Assembly: GCA_030390025.1 (NCBI GenBank)
Contig: JASTWF010000325.1
Coordinates: 434,001 to 498,000, forward strand
Direction: 5' to 3'
Length of the DNA: 64,000 nt
Source of the DNA: Squalus acanthias
Lineage: Eukaryota
The position numbers and the translations under genes were made by a program. Positions 49,079 to 61,000 of the stretch are shown here, piece after piece (position 1 is the stretch's first letter; the number at the start of each line of letters is the position of its first letter). The notes beneath the pieces are model-generated. The model was not told the DNA's origin and made no database searches. It saw only the letters and a program-made list of their open reading frames with translations.

Positions 49079-52000
49079 TAAGAACATCAGAACATAAGAA
49101 CATAAGAAATAGGAGCAGGAGTAGGCCAATCGGCCCCTCGAGCCTGCTCCGCCATTCAATAAGATCATGGCTGATCTGATCCTAACCGCCAATCTACTAT
49201 CTATCACAGAACCATCTCCTGCATCTAACAGAATTGCACACACGAAATAGGAGCAGAATCAGGCTACACAGTCCCTGGGCCCGCTCCACTACCCACAGGG
49301 CCATGACCGATCCGAACCTAGACTCATGTCCAAATTCCTGCCCGCTCCCCGTAACCCTTAATGCCCTTTACTTCTAGGAAACTGTCTATTTCTGTTTTAA
49401 ATTTAATTAATGTTGTAGCTTCTACAGCTTTTTGTGGCAGCATATTCCATGGACCTACCACCCTCTGAGTGAAGTAGTTCCTCCTCATCTCAGTTTTGAA
49501 AGAGCAGCCCCTTATTCTAAGACTATGTCCCCTAGTTCTCGTCTCACCCGTCATCGGGAACATCCTCCCCGCATCCACCCGATCCAACCCCTTCACAATC
49601 TTATATGTTTCAATAAGATCGCCTCTCATTCTTCTGAACTCCAATGAGTAGAGTCCCAATCTACCCAACCTCTCCTCATATGACCACCCCCTCATCCCCG
49701 GGATTAACCGAGTGAACCTTTTTTGCACTGCCTCGAGAGCAAGGATGTCTTTCCTTAAGTAAGGACACCAAAACTGTATGCAGTATTCCAGGTGCGGTCT
49801 CACCAATACCTTGTACAACTGAAGCAATACCTCCCTATTTTTATATTCTATCCCCCTAGCAATGAAAGCCAACATTCCATTTGCCTTCTTAATCACTTGC
49901 TGCACCTGCATACTAACCTTTTGAGTTTCGTGCACCAGGACCCCCAGATCCCTTTGCACTTCAGTACTCTCCAGTTTCTTGCCATTAAGATAATAAATTG
50001 CTCTAGGATTTTTCCTGCCAAAGTGCATCACCTCACACTTTCCAGTGTTGTATTCCATCTGCCAAATCTCTGCCCACTTACTTAGCCTGTCTATGTCCCC
50101 TTGCAGGTTTTTTATGTCCTCCTCACTCACTACTTTCCCTCCCATCTTTGTATCATCTGCAAATTTTGATATGTTACACTTGGTCCCTTCCTCCAAATCG
50201 TTAATATAGATTGTGAAGAGTTGGGGACCCAGCACTGACCCCTGTGGAACACCACTAGTTACTGATTGCCAGTCTGAGAATGAACCATTTATCCCAACTC
50301 TTTGCTTTCTGTTAGATAGCCAATCCTCTATCCATGCCAGAATATTACCCCCAATCCCGTGATTTTTTACCTTAAGCAATAATCTTTTGTGTGGCACCTT
50401 GTCAAATGCCTTTTGGAAGTCTAAATACACTACGTCCACTGGTTCCCCTTTATCCACTCTATATGTTACTTCCTCAAAGAACTCCAGCAAATTTGTCAAA
50501 CATGACTTCCCCTTCGTAAAACCATGCTGACTTTGTCCTATTAAATTATGATTATCCAAATGTCCTGTTACTGTTTCCTTAATAATGGACTCCAAAATTT
50601 TACCTACCACAGATGTTAGGCTAACCGGTCTATAGTTACCAGCCTTCTGTCTACTGCCCTTTTTAAATAAGGGTGTTACATTAGCAGTTTTCCAGTCTGC
50701 CGGGACCTTAGCGGAATCCAGGGAGTTTTGAAAAATTATTACCAATGCATCTACAATCCCTACCGTCACTTCCTTCAAGACTCTAGGATGTAAGCCATCA
50801 GGTCCAGGTGATTTATCCGCCTTGAGTCCCATTATTTTACCGAGTACCACTTCCTTAGTGATTTTGATCGTGTTTAGCTCCTCTCCCCCTATAGCCCCCT
50901 GTTTGTCCAGTGTTGGGATATTCTTAGTGTCCTCTACTGTAAAGACTGATACAAAATATTCATTCAGTGTTTTTGCCATCTCCATATTTCCCACCATTAA
51001 TTTCCCGGTCTCATCCTCTAAGGGACCAACATTTACTTTAGCCACCCTTTTTCTTTTTATATAACTATAAAAACTCTTACTATCTGTTTTTATATATTTT
51101 GCTAATTTACTTTCATAATCTATCTTCCCTTTCTTAATCAATCTTTTTGTTATTTTTTGCTGCCTTTTAAAGTTTTCCCAATCCTCTGTCCTCCCACTAG
51201 ATTTCGCTACCTTATATGCCCTTGTTTTTAGTCGAATACTATCCTTAATTTCTTTACTTAGCCACGGATGACTGTCCTTTCTTTTACACCCTTTTCTTTT
51301 CAGTGGAATATATTTTTTTTGGAAGTTGTAAAATAACTCCTTGAATGTACACCACTGATCATGTGTCGTCTTACCCTTTAATCTATTTTCCCAATCCACT
51401 CTACTCAATTCCGCTCGCATACCTTCATAGTCTCCTTTATTCAAGCTTAGCACGCTTGTTTGAGATCCAACCTTCTCACCCTCTAATTGAATATGGAATT
51501 CAACCATGTTATGGTCACTCATTCCAAGGGGATCCTTTACTAGGACATTTTTAATTAATCCTGTCTCGTTACACAGGACCAGATCTAAGGTTGCTTGCCC
51601 CCTGGTCGGTTCAGTTACATACTGCTCAAGAAACCCATCCCTAATACACTCAATGAACTCATCCTCAAGGCAGCCCTGCCCCATTTGATTTGTCCAATTA
51701 ATATGATAGTTAAAATCCCCCATAATTATAGATGTTCCCTTATTACATGCCTCAACTATTTCCTGATTGATACTCCGTCCAATAGAGTTGCAACTGTTCG
51801 GCGGCCTATAGACTACGCCCACTAATGATTTTTTCCCCTTATTATTCCTTATCTCCACCCAAACTGTTTCATTATCATGATTTTTTGACCCAATATCATT
51901 ACTCTGTATTACAGTGATTCCTTCCTTTATTAACATAGCCACCCCACCTCCCCTTCCTTCCTGCCTGTCCTTCCTGATCGTTAAATAACCTGGTATGTTT

Positions 52001-52089
52001 AATTCCCAGGCATTGTCACCCTGCAGCCATGTTTCTGTAATGGCCACAATATCATAACCATATGTAGTTATTTGTGCCATTAACTCGTC
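49079..52089 (-). mobile_element. CR1 LINE with near-complete ORF2, inserted antisense in the satellite
   Basis: ORF2 52089..49324; 3' UTR ending in the HER1/HE1-type tail and (TTCTTATG)n at 49079-49108. Confidence 0.97.
49324..52089 (-). CDS. CR1 ORF2: APE endonuclease + reverse transcriptase (921 aa uninterrupted, extreme N-terminus missing)
   Basis: EN motifs VAITETWL, GGGVA, VYRPPN, MGDFN, LDLV, SDHN; RT motifs [23 protein letters not shown]. Confidence 0.92.
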   Translation of the reverse strand, partial: DELMAQITTYGYDIVAITETWLQGDNAWELNIPGYLTIRKDRQEGRGGGVAMLIKEGITVIQSNDIGSKNHDNETVWVEIRNNKGKKSLVGVVYRPPNSCNSIGRSINQEIVEACNKGTSIIMGDFNYHINWTNQMGQGCLEDEFIECIRDGFLEQYVTEPTRGQATLDLVLCNETGLIKNVLVKDPLGMSDHNMVEFHIQLEGEKVGSQTSVLSLNKGDYEGMRAELSRVDWENRLKGKTTHDQWCTFKELFYNFQKKYIPLKRKGCKRKDSHPWLSKEIKDSIRLKTRAYKVAKSSGRTEDWENFKRQQKITKRLIKKGKIDYESKLAKYIKTDSKSFYSYIKRKRVAKVNVGPLEDETGKLMVGNMEMAKTLNEYFVSVFTVEDTKNIPTLDKQGAIGGEELNTIKITKEVVLGKIMGLKADKSPGPDGLHPRVLKEVTVGIVDALVIIFQNSLDSAKVPADWKTANVTPLFKKGSRQKAGNYRPVSLTSVVGKILESIIKETVTGHLDNHNLIGQSQHGFTKGKSCLTNLLEFFEEVTYRVDKGEPVDVVYLDFQKAFDKVPHKRLLLKVKNHGIGGNILAWIEDWLSNRKQRVGINGSFSDWQSVTSGVPQGSVLGPQLFTIYINDLEEGTKCNISKFADDTKMGGKVVSEEDIKNLQGDIDRLSKWAEIWQMEYNTGKCEVMHFGRKNPRAIYYLNGKKLESTEVQRDLGVLVHETQKVSMQVQQVIKKANGMLAFIARGIEYKNREVLLQLYKVLVRPHLEYCIQFWCPYLRKDILALEAVQKRFTRLIPGMRGWSYEERLGRLGLYSLEFRRMRGDLIETYKIVKGLDRVDAGRMFPMTGETRTRGHSLRIRGCSFKTEMRRNYFTQRVVGPWNMLPQKAVEATTLIKFKTEIDSFLEVKGIKGYGERAGIWT

Positions 52090-55000
52090 GAATGGGACAC
52101 AATGTGAATGAGACACAATGTGAATGGGACACAGTGTGAATGAGACACAGTGTGAATGAGACACAGTATGAATGAGACACATTGTGAATGGGACACAATG
52201 TGAATGAGACACAATGTGAATGGGACACAATGTGAATGAGACACAATGTGAATGGGACACAATGTGAATGAGACACAATGTGAATGGGACACAGTGTGAA
52301 TGAGACACAGTGTGAATGAGACACAGTGTGAATGAGACACAGTGTGAATGGGACACAGTGAGAATGAGACACAATGTGAATGGGACACAATGTGAATGAG
52401 ACACAATGTGAATGAGACACAGTGTGAATGAGACACAGTGTGAATGAGACACAATGTAAATGGGACACAATGTGAATGGGACACAGTGAGAATGAGACAC
52501 AGTGTGAATGGGACACAATGTGAATGGGACACAATGTGAATGAGACACAGTGTGAATGAGACACAGTGTGAATGAGACACAGTGTGAAGGGGACACAATG
52601 TGAATGGGACACAGTGTGAATGGGACACAATGTGAATGAGACACAATGTGAATGGGACACAGTGAGAATGAGACACAGTGTGAATGAGACACAGTTTGAA
52701 TGGGACACAGTGAGAATGAGACACAGTGTGAATGAGACACAATGTGAATGAGACACAGTGTGAATGGGACACAGTGTGAATGAAACACAGTGTGAATGAG
52801 ACACAATGTGAATGGGACACAATGTGAATGGGACACAGTGAGAATGAGACACAGTGTGAATGAGACACAATGTGAATGTGACACCGTGAGAATGAGACAC
52901 AGTGTGAATGAGACACAGTGTGAATGAGACACAATGTGAATGAGACACAATGTGAATGGGACACAGTGAGAATGAGACACAGTGTGAATGAGACACAGTG
53001 TGAATGAGACACAATGTGAATGGGACACATTGTGAATGAGAGACAGTGTGAATGAGACACAATGTGAATGGCACACAGTGTGAATGGGATACAGTGTGAA
53101 TGAGACACAATGTGAATGGGACACAGTGAGAATGAGACACAATGTGAATGGGACACAATGTGAATGAGACACAATGTGAATGGGACACAGTGAGAATGAG
53201 ACACAGTGTGAATGAAACACACTGTGAATGGGACACAGTGAGAATGAGACACAGTGTGAATGAGACACAGTGTGAATGAGACACAGTGTGAATCGGGACA
53301 CAGTGAGAATGAGACACAATGTGAATGGGACACAATGAGAATGAGACACAAGTGAATGAGACCACAGTGTGATGGAGACACAATGTATGGACACAGTGTG
53401 AATGAGGACACAATGTGAATGGGACACAGTGAGAATGAGACACAGTGTGAATGGGACGACAATGTGAATGGAGACACAATGTGAATGAGACACAGTGTGA
53501 ATGAGGACTCAGTGTGAATGGGACACAGTGTGAATGAGACACAGTGTGAATGGGACACAGTGTGAATGGGGACACTGTGAGAATGAGACACAGTGTGAAT
53601 GAGACACAGTGTGAATGAGACACAGTGTGAATGGAGACACAGTGTGAATGGGACACAATGTGAATGTGGACACAGTGAGAATGAGACACAGTGTGAATGA
53701 GACACAGTGTGAATGAGACACAATGTGAATGGGACACAGTGGAGAATGAGACACAGCGTGGAATGAGACACAGTGTGAATGGGACACAGTGAGAATGAGA
53801 CACAATGTGAATGAGACACAGTGTGAATGAGACACAGTGTGAATGAGACACAATGTGAATGGGACACAATGTGAATGGGACACAGTGAGAATGAGACACA
53901 GTGTGAATGTGACACAGTGTGAATGAGGACACAATGTGAATCAGACACAATTGTGAATGGGACACATGAGAATGAGACACACAGTGTGAATGGGAACAAT
54001 GTGAATGGGAAACCAATGTGAATGAGACACAGTAGTGAATGAGCCACAGTGTTGAATGGGACACAGTGTGTATGAGACACGTGTGAATGAGACACAAATG
54101 TGAATGGGACCTGTGTGAATGAGCAAATTGTGAATGAGGCACAGTTTGTGAAGGGGAACAGTGAGGAATGAGACACAATGTGAAAGGGAACACAATGTCG
54201 AAAGAAACAATCGTTGAATGGGGACACAGTGTGAATGAGACACAAGTGTGAATGAGACACGTGTGAATGGAACAGTGTGAATGGACACAATGTGAATGGA
54301 CACAATGTGAATGGGACACAATGTGTTTGAGACACAATGGAATGAGACTCAGTAGTGAATGAGACACAGTTCGGTGAATGAGACACAATGTGAAATGGGA
54401 CACAATGTGAATGGGACACAGTGAGAATGAGACACAGAGTGAATGGGACAAAATGGGAATGAGGACACAATGTGAATGGGACACAATGTGAATGAGACAC
54501 AGTGTGAATGAGACACAGTGTGAATGAGACACAGTGTGAATGGGACACAGTGTGAATGAGACACAGTGTGAATGAGGACACGTGTGAATGAGACACAGTG
54601 TGAATGGGACACAATGTGAAAGAGACACATGTGAATGGGACACAGTGTGAATGAGACACAAGTGTGAATGGGTACAGTGTGAATGAGACACAGTGTGAAT
54701 GAGACACAGTGTGAATGAGACAACAGGGTGATGGGACACATTGTGAATGGACACAATGTGAATGGGACACAATGTGAATGAGACACAGTGTGAATGAGGA
54801 CACAGTGTGAATGTGACACAGTGTGAATCGAGACACAATGTGAATGGGACACAAGTGTGAATGGGACACAGTGAGACTGAGACACAATGTGAATGGGACA
54901 AATGTGTGATGGGACACAGTGTGAATGAGACACAGTGTGAATGAGACACAGTGTGAATGGGACACAGTGTGAATGAGGACACAGTGTGAATGGGACACAG

Positions 55001-58000
55001 TGTGAATGGGACACAGTGTGAATGGACACAGTGTGAATGAGACACCAGTGTGAATGGGACACAGTGAGAATGAGACACAGTGTGAATGAGACACAGTGTG
55101 AATGGACACAGTGAGAATGAGACACAGTGTGAATGGACACAGTGTGAATGAGACACAGTGTGAATGAGACACAGTGTGAATGGGACACAATGTGAATGGA
55201 CACAGTGTGAATGAGGACACAGTGTGAATGAGACACAGTGTGAATGAACACAATGTGAATGGACACAATGTGAATGAGACACAGTGTGAATGAGACACAG
55301 TGTGAATGGACACAGTGAGAATGAGACACAATGTGAATGAGGACACAGTGTGAATGGACACAGTGTGAATGAGACACAATGTGAATGGGACACAGTGTGA
55401 ATGGGACACAGTGTGAATGAGACACAGTGTGAATGAGACACAGTGTGAATGAGACACAGTGTGAATGAGACACAGTGTGAATGAGACACAGTGTGAATGA
55501 GACACAATGTGAATGAGACACAATATGAATGGGACACAGTGTGAATGAGACACAGTGTGAATGGGACACAATGTGAATGAGACACAATGTGAATGAGACA
55601 CAGTGTGAATGAGACACAGTGTGAATGGACACAGTGTGAATGAGACACAGTGTGAATGAGACACAATGTGAATGAGACAACAGTGTGAATGAGACAAATG
55701 TGAATGAGACACAGTGTGAATGAGACACAGTGAGAATGAGACACAGTGTGAATGAGACACAGTGTGAATGAGACACAATGTGAATGGGACACAGTGTGAA
55801 TGAGACACAGTGTGAATGAGACACAATGTGAATGAGACACAATGTGAATGGGACACAGTGTGAATGAGACACAGTGTGAATGGGACACAATGTGAATGGG
55901 ACACAATGTGAATGAGACACAGTGTGAATGAGACACAGTGTGAATGGGACACAGTGTGAATGAGACACAGTGTGAATGAGACACAATGTGAATGGGACAC
56001 AGTGTGAATGAGACACAGTGTGAATGAGACACAGTGTGAATGGGACACAGTGAGAATGAGACACAATGTGAATGGGACACAATGTGAATGAGACACAATG
56101 TGAATGGGACACAGTGTGAATGAGACACAGTGTGAATGAGACACAGTGTGAATGAGACACAGTGTGAATGGGACACAATGTGAATGAGACACAATGTGAA
56201 TGGGACACAATGTGAATGAGACACAATGTGAATGAGACACAGTGTGAATGAGACACAGTGTGAATGAGACACAATGTGAATGGGACACAATGTGAATGGG
56301 ACACAGTGAGAATGAGACACAGCGTGAATGGGACAAAATGTGAATGGGACACAATGTGAATGAGACACAGTGTGAATGAGACACAGTGTGAATGGGACAC
56401 AGTGTGAATGAGACACAGTGTGAATGGGACACAGTGTGAATGGGACACAGTGTGAATGGGACACAGTGTGAATGAGACACAGTGTGAATGGGACACAGTG
56501 AGAATGAGACACAGTGTGAATGAGACACAGTGTGAATGGGACACAGTGAGAATGAGACACAGTGTGAATGAGACACAGTGTGAATGAGACACAGTGTGAA
56601 TGAGACACAGTGTGAATGGGACACAATGTGAATGGGACACAGTGTGAATGGGACACAGTGTGAATGAGACACAATGTGAATGGGACACAATGTGAATGAG
56701 ACACAATGTGAATGAGACACAATGTGAATGGGACACAGTGTGAATGAGACACAGTGTGAATGGGACACAATGTGAATGAGACACAGTGTGAATGAGACAC
56801 AAAGTGAATGAGACACAGTGTGAATGAGACACAATGTGAATGGGACACAGTGTGAATGGGACACTGTGTGAATGAGACACCACGTGAATGAGACACAGTG
56901 TGAATGAGACACAGTGTGAATGAGACACAGTGTGAATGAGACACAAATTGAATGAGACACATTGTGAATGAGACACAATATGAATGGGACACAGTGTGAA
57001 TGGGACACAGTGTGAATGGGACACAGTGTGAATGAGACACAATGTGAATGGGACACAGTGAGAATGAGACACAGTGTGAATGAGACACAGTGTGAATGGG
57101 ACACAGTGTGAATGAGACACAATGTGAATGAGACACAGTGTGAATGAGACACAATGTGAATGGGACACAGTGTGAATGAGACACAATGTGAATGGGACAC
57201 AGTGTGAATGGGACACAGTGTGAATGGGACACAGTGTGAATGGGACACAGTGTGAATGGGACACTGTGTGAATGAGACACAATGTGAATGGGACACAGTT
57301 GAAAGGGACACACTGTGAATGAGACACAGTGTGAATGAGACACAGTGTGAATGGGACACAGTGTGAATGGGACACAATGTGAATGGGACACAGTGTGAAT
57401 GGGACACAGTCTGAATGGGACACAGTCTGAATGGGACACAATGTGAATGGGACACAATGTGAATGAGACACAGTGTGAATGGGACACAGTGTGAATGGGA
57501 CACAGTGTGAATGGGACACAGTGTGAATGAGACACAGTATGAATGAGACACAATGTGAATGGGACACAATGTGAATGAGACACAGTGTGAATCGGACACG
57601 GTGTGAATGAGACACAGTGTGAATGAGACACAATGTGAATGGGACACAATGTGAATGAGACACAATGTGAATGGGACACAGTGTGAATGGGACACAGTGT
57701 GAATGAGACACAATGTGAATGGGACACAATGTGAATGAGACACAGTGTGAATGGGACACGGTGTGAATGAGACACAGTATGAATGAGACAGAGTGTGAAT
57801 GAGACACAGTGTGAATGAGACACAGTGTGAATGAGACACAATGTGAATGAAACACAGTGTGAATGGGACACAATGTGAATGAGACACAGTGTGAATGAGA
57901 CACAATGTGAATAAAAAACAGTGTGAATGAGACACAGTGTGAATGAGACACAGTGTGAATGAGACACAGTGTGAATGAGACACAGTGTGAATGGGACACA

Positions 58001-61000
58001 GTGTGAATGAGACACAGTATGAATGAGACACAATGTGAACGGGACACAGTGTGAATGAGACACAGTCTGAATGAGACACAATGTGAATGGGACACAGTGT
58101 GAATGAGACACAGTATGAATAAGACACAATGTGAATGGGACACGATGTGAATGAGACACAGTGTGAAAGAGACACAGTGTGAATGAGACATAGTTTGAAT
58201 GAGACACAGTGTGAATGGGACACAGTGTGAATGAGACACAGTCTGAATGAGACACAGTGTGAATGGGACACAGTGTGAATGAGACACAGTGTGAATGGGA
58301 CACAGTGTGAATGAGACACAATGTGAATGAGACACAGTGTGAATGGGGCACAGTGTGAATGAGAAACAGTGTGAAATGGGACACAATGTGAATGAGACAC
58401 AATGTGAATGGGACACAGTGTGAATGAGACACAGTGTGAATGAGACACAATGTGAATGAGACACAGTGTGAATGAGACACAGTGTGAATGAGACAACAGT
58501 GTGAATGAGACACAGTGTGATGGACCAGTGGAAGAGACACAGTGTGAATGGGACACAGTGTGAATGAGACACAGTGTGAATGGGACACAGTGTGAATGAG
58601 ACACAATGTGAATGAGACACAGTGTGAATGGGACACAGTGTGAGACCATGTGATGACACAGTGTGAATGGGACACAGTGTGAATGGAGACAGTGTGAATG
58701 GGACACAGTGTGAATGGGACACAGTGTGAATGAGACACAGTGTGCACTGGGACACAGTGTGAATGGGACACAGTGGTGGAATGGGACACAGTGTGAATGA
58801 GACACAGTGTGAATGAGACACAGTGTGAATGGGACACAGTGTGAATGAGACACAGTGTGAATGGGACACAATGTGAATGGGACACAATGTGAATGAGACA
58901 CAGTGTGAATGAGACACAGTGTGAATGGGACACAGTGTGAATGAGACACAGTGTGAATGAGACACAATGTGAATGGGACACAGTGTGAATGAGACAAAGT
59001 GTGAATGAGGCACAGTGTGAATGGGACACAGTGAGAATGAGACACAATGTGAATGGGACACAATGTGAATGAGACACATGTGAATGGGACACAGTGTGAA
59101 TGAGACACAGTGTGAATGAGACACAGTGTGAATGGGACACAGTGTGAATGAGACACAATGTGAATGGGACACAATGTGAATGAGACACAATGTGAATGAG
59201 ACACAGTGTGAATGAGACACAGTGTGAATGAGACACAGTGTGAATGGGACACAATGTGAATGGGACACAGTGTGAATGAGACACAGTGTGAATGGGACAC
59301 AATGTGAATGAGGACACAGATGTGAATCGAGGACACAGTGATGGAATGGTGTGAATGGGACACAGTGTGAATGAGACACAGTGTGAATGAGACACAGTGT
59401 GAATGAGACACAGTGTGAATGGACACAGTGTGAATGAGACACAGTGTGAATGGACACAGTGTGAATGAGACACAGTGTGAATGAGACACAGTGTGAATGA
59501 GGACACAGTGTGATGGAGAACAGTGTGAATGAGACACAATGTGAATGGGACACAGTGTGAATGTGACACAGTGTGAATGAGACACATGTGAATGAGACAC
59601 AATGTGAATGGGACACAGTGTGAATGAGACACAGTTGAATGAGACACAGTGTGAATGGGACACAGTGTGAATGAGACACAGTGTGAATGGGACACAGTGT
59701 GAATGAGACACAATGTGAATGAGACACAGTGTCGAATGGGACACAGTGTGAATGAGACACAGTGTGAATGGGACACAATGTGAATGAGACACAGTGTGAA
59801 TGAGACACAGTGTGAATGGGACACAGTGTGAATGAGACACAGTGTGAATGAGACACAGTGTGAATGGGACACTGTGTGAATGAGACACCACGTGAATGAG
59901 ACACAGTGTGAATGAGACACAGTGTGAATGAGACACAGTGTGAATGAGACACAAATGAATGAGACACATGTGAATGAGACACAATGTGAATGGGACACAG
60001 TGTGAATGGGACACAGTGTGAATGGGACACAGTGTGAATGAGACACAATGTGAATGGGACACAGTGTGAATGAGACACAGTGTGAATGAGACACAGTGTG
60101 AATGGGACACAGTGTGAATGAGACACAATGTGAATGAGACACAGTGTGAATGAGACACAATGTGAATGGGACACAGTGTGAATGAGACACAATGTGAATG
60201 GGACACAGTGTGAATGGGACACAGTGTGAATGGGACACAGTGTGAATGGGACACAGTGTGAATGGGACACAGTGTGAATGAGACACAATGTGAATGGGAC
60301 ACAGTGTGAATGGGACACAGTGTGAATGAGACACAGTGTGAATGAGACACAGTGTGAATGGGACACAGTGTGAATGAGACACAGTGTGAATGGGACACAG
60401 TGTGAATGGGACACAGTGTGAATGGGACACAGTGTGAATGGACACAGTGTGAATGGGACACAGTGTGAATGGGACACAGTGTGAATGGGACACAGTGTGA
60501 ATGAGACACAGTGTGAATGGGACACAGTGTGAATGAGACACAGTATGAATGAGACACAGTGTGAATGGGACACAATGTGAATGAGACACAGTGTGAATCG
60601 GACACAGTGTGAATGAGACACAGTGTGAATGAGACACAATGTGAATGGGACACAATGTGAATGAGACACATGTGAATGGGACACAGTGTGAATGGGACAC
60701 AGTGTGAATGAGACACAATGTGAATGGGACACAATGTGAATGAGACACAGTGTGAATGGGACACAGTGTGAATGAGACACAGTATGAATGAGACAGAGTG
60801 TGAATGAGACACAGTGTGAATGAGACACAGTGTGAATGAGACACAATGTGAATGGAGACAAGTGTGAATGGGACACAATGTGAATGAGACACAGTGTGAA
60901 TGAGACACAATGTGAATGAGACACAGGTGATGAGCACAGTGGGTGAATGGACACAGTGTGAATGAGACACAGTGTGAATGAGACACAGTGTGAATGGGAA

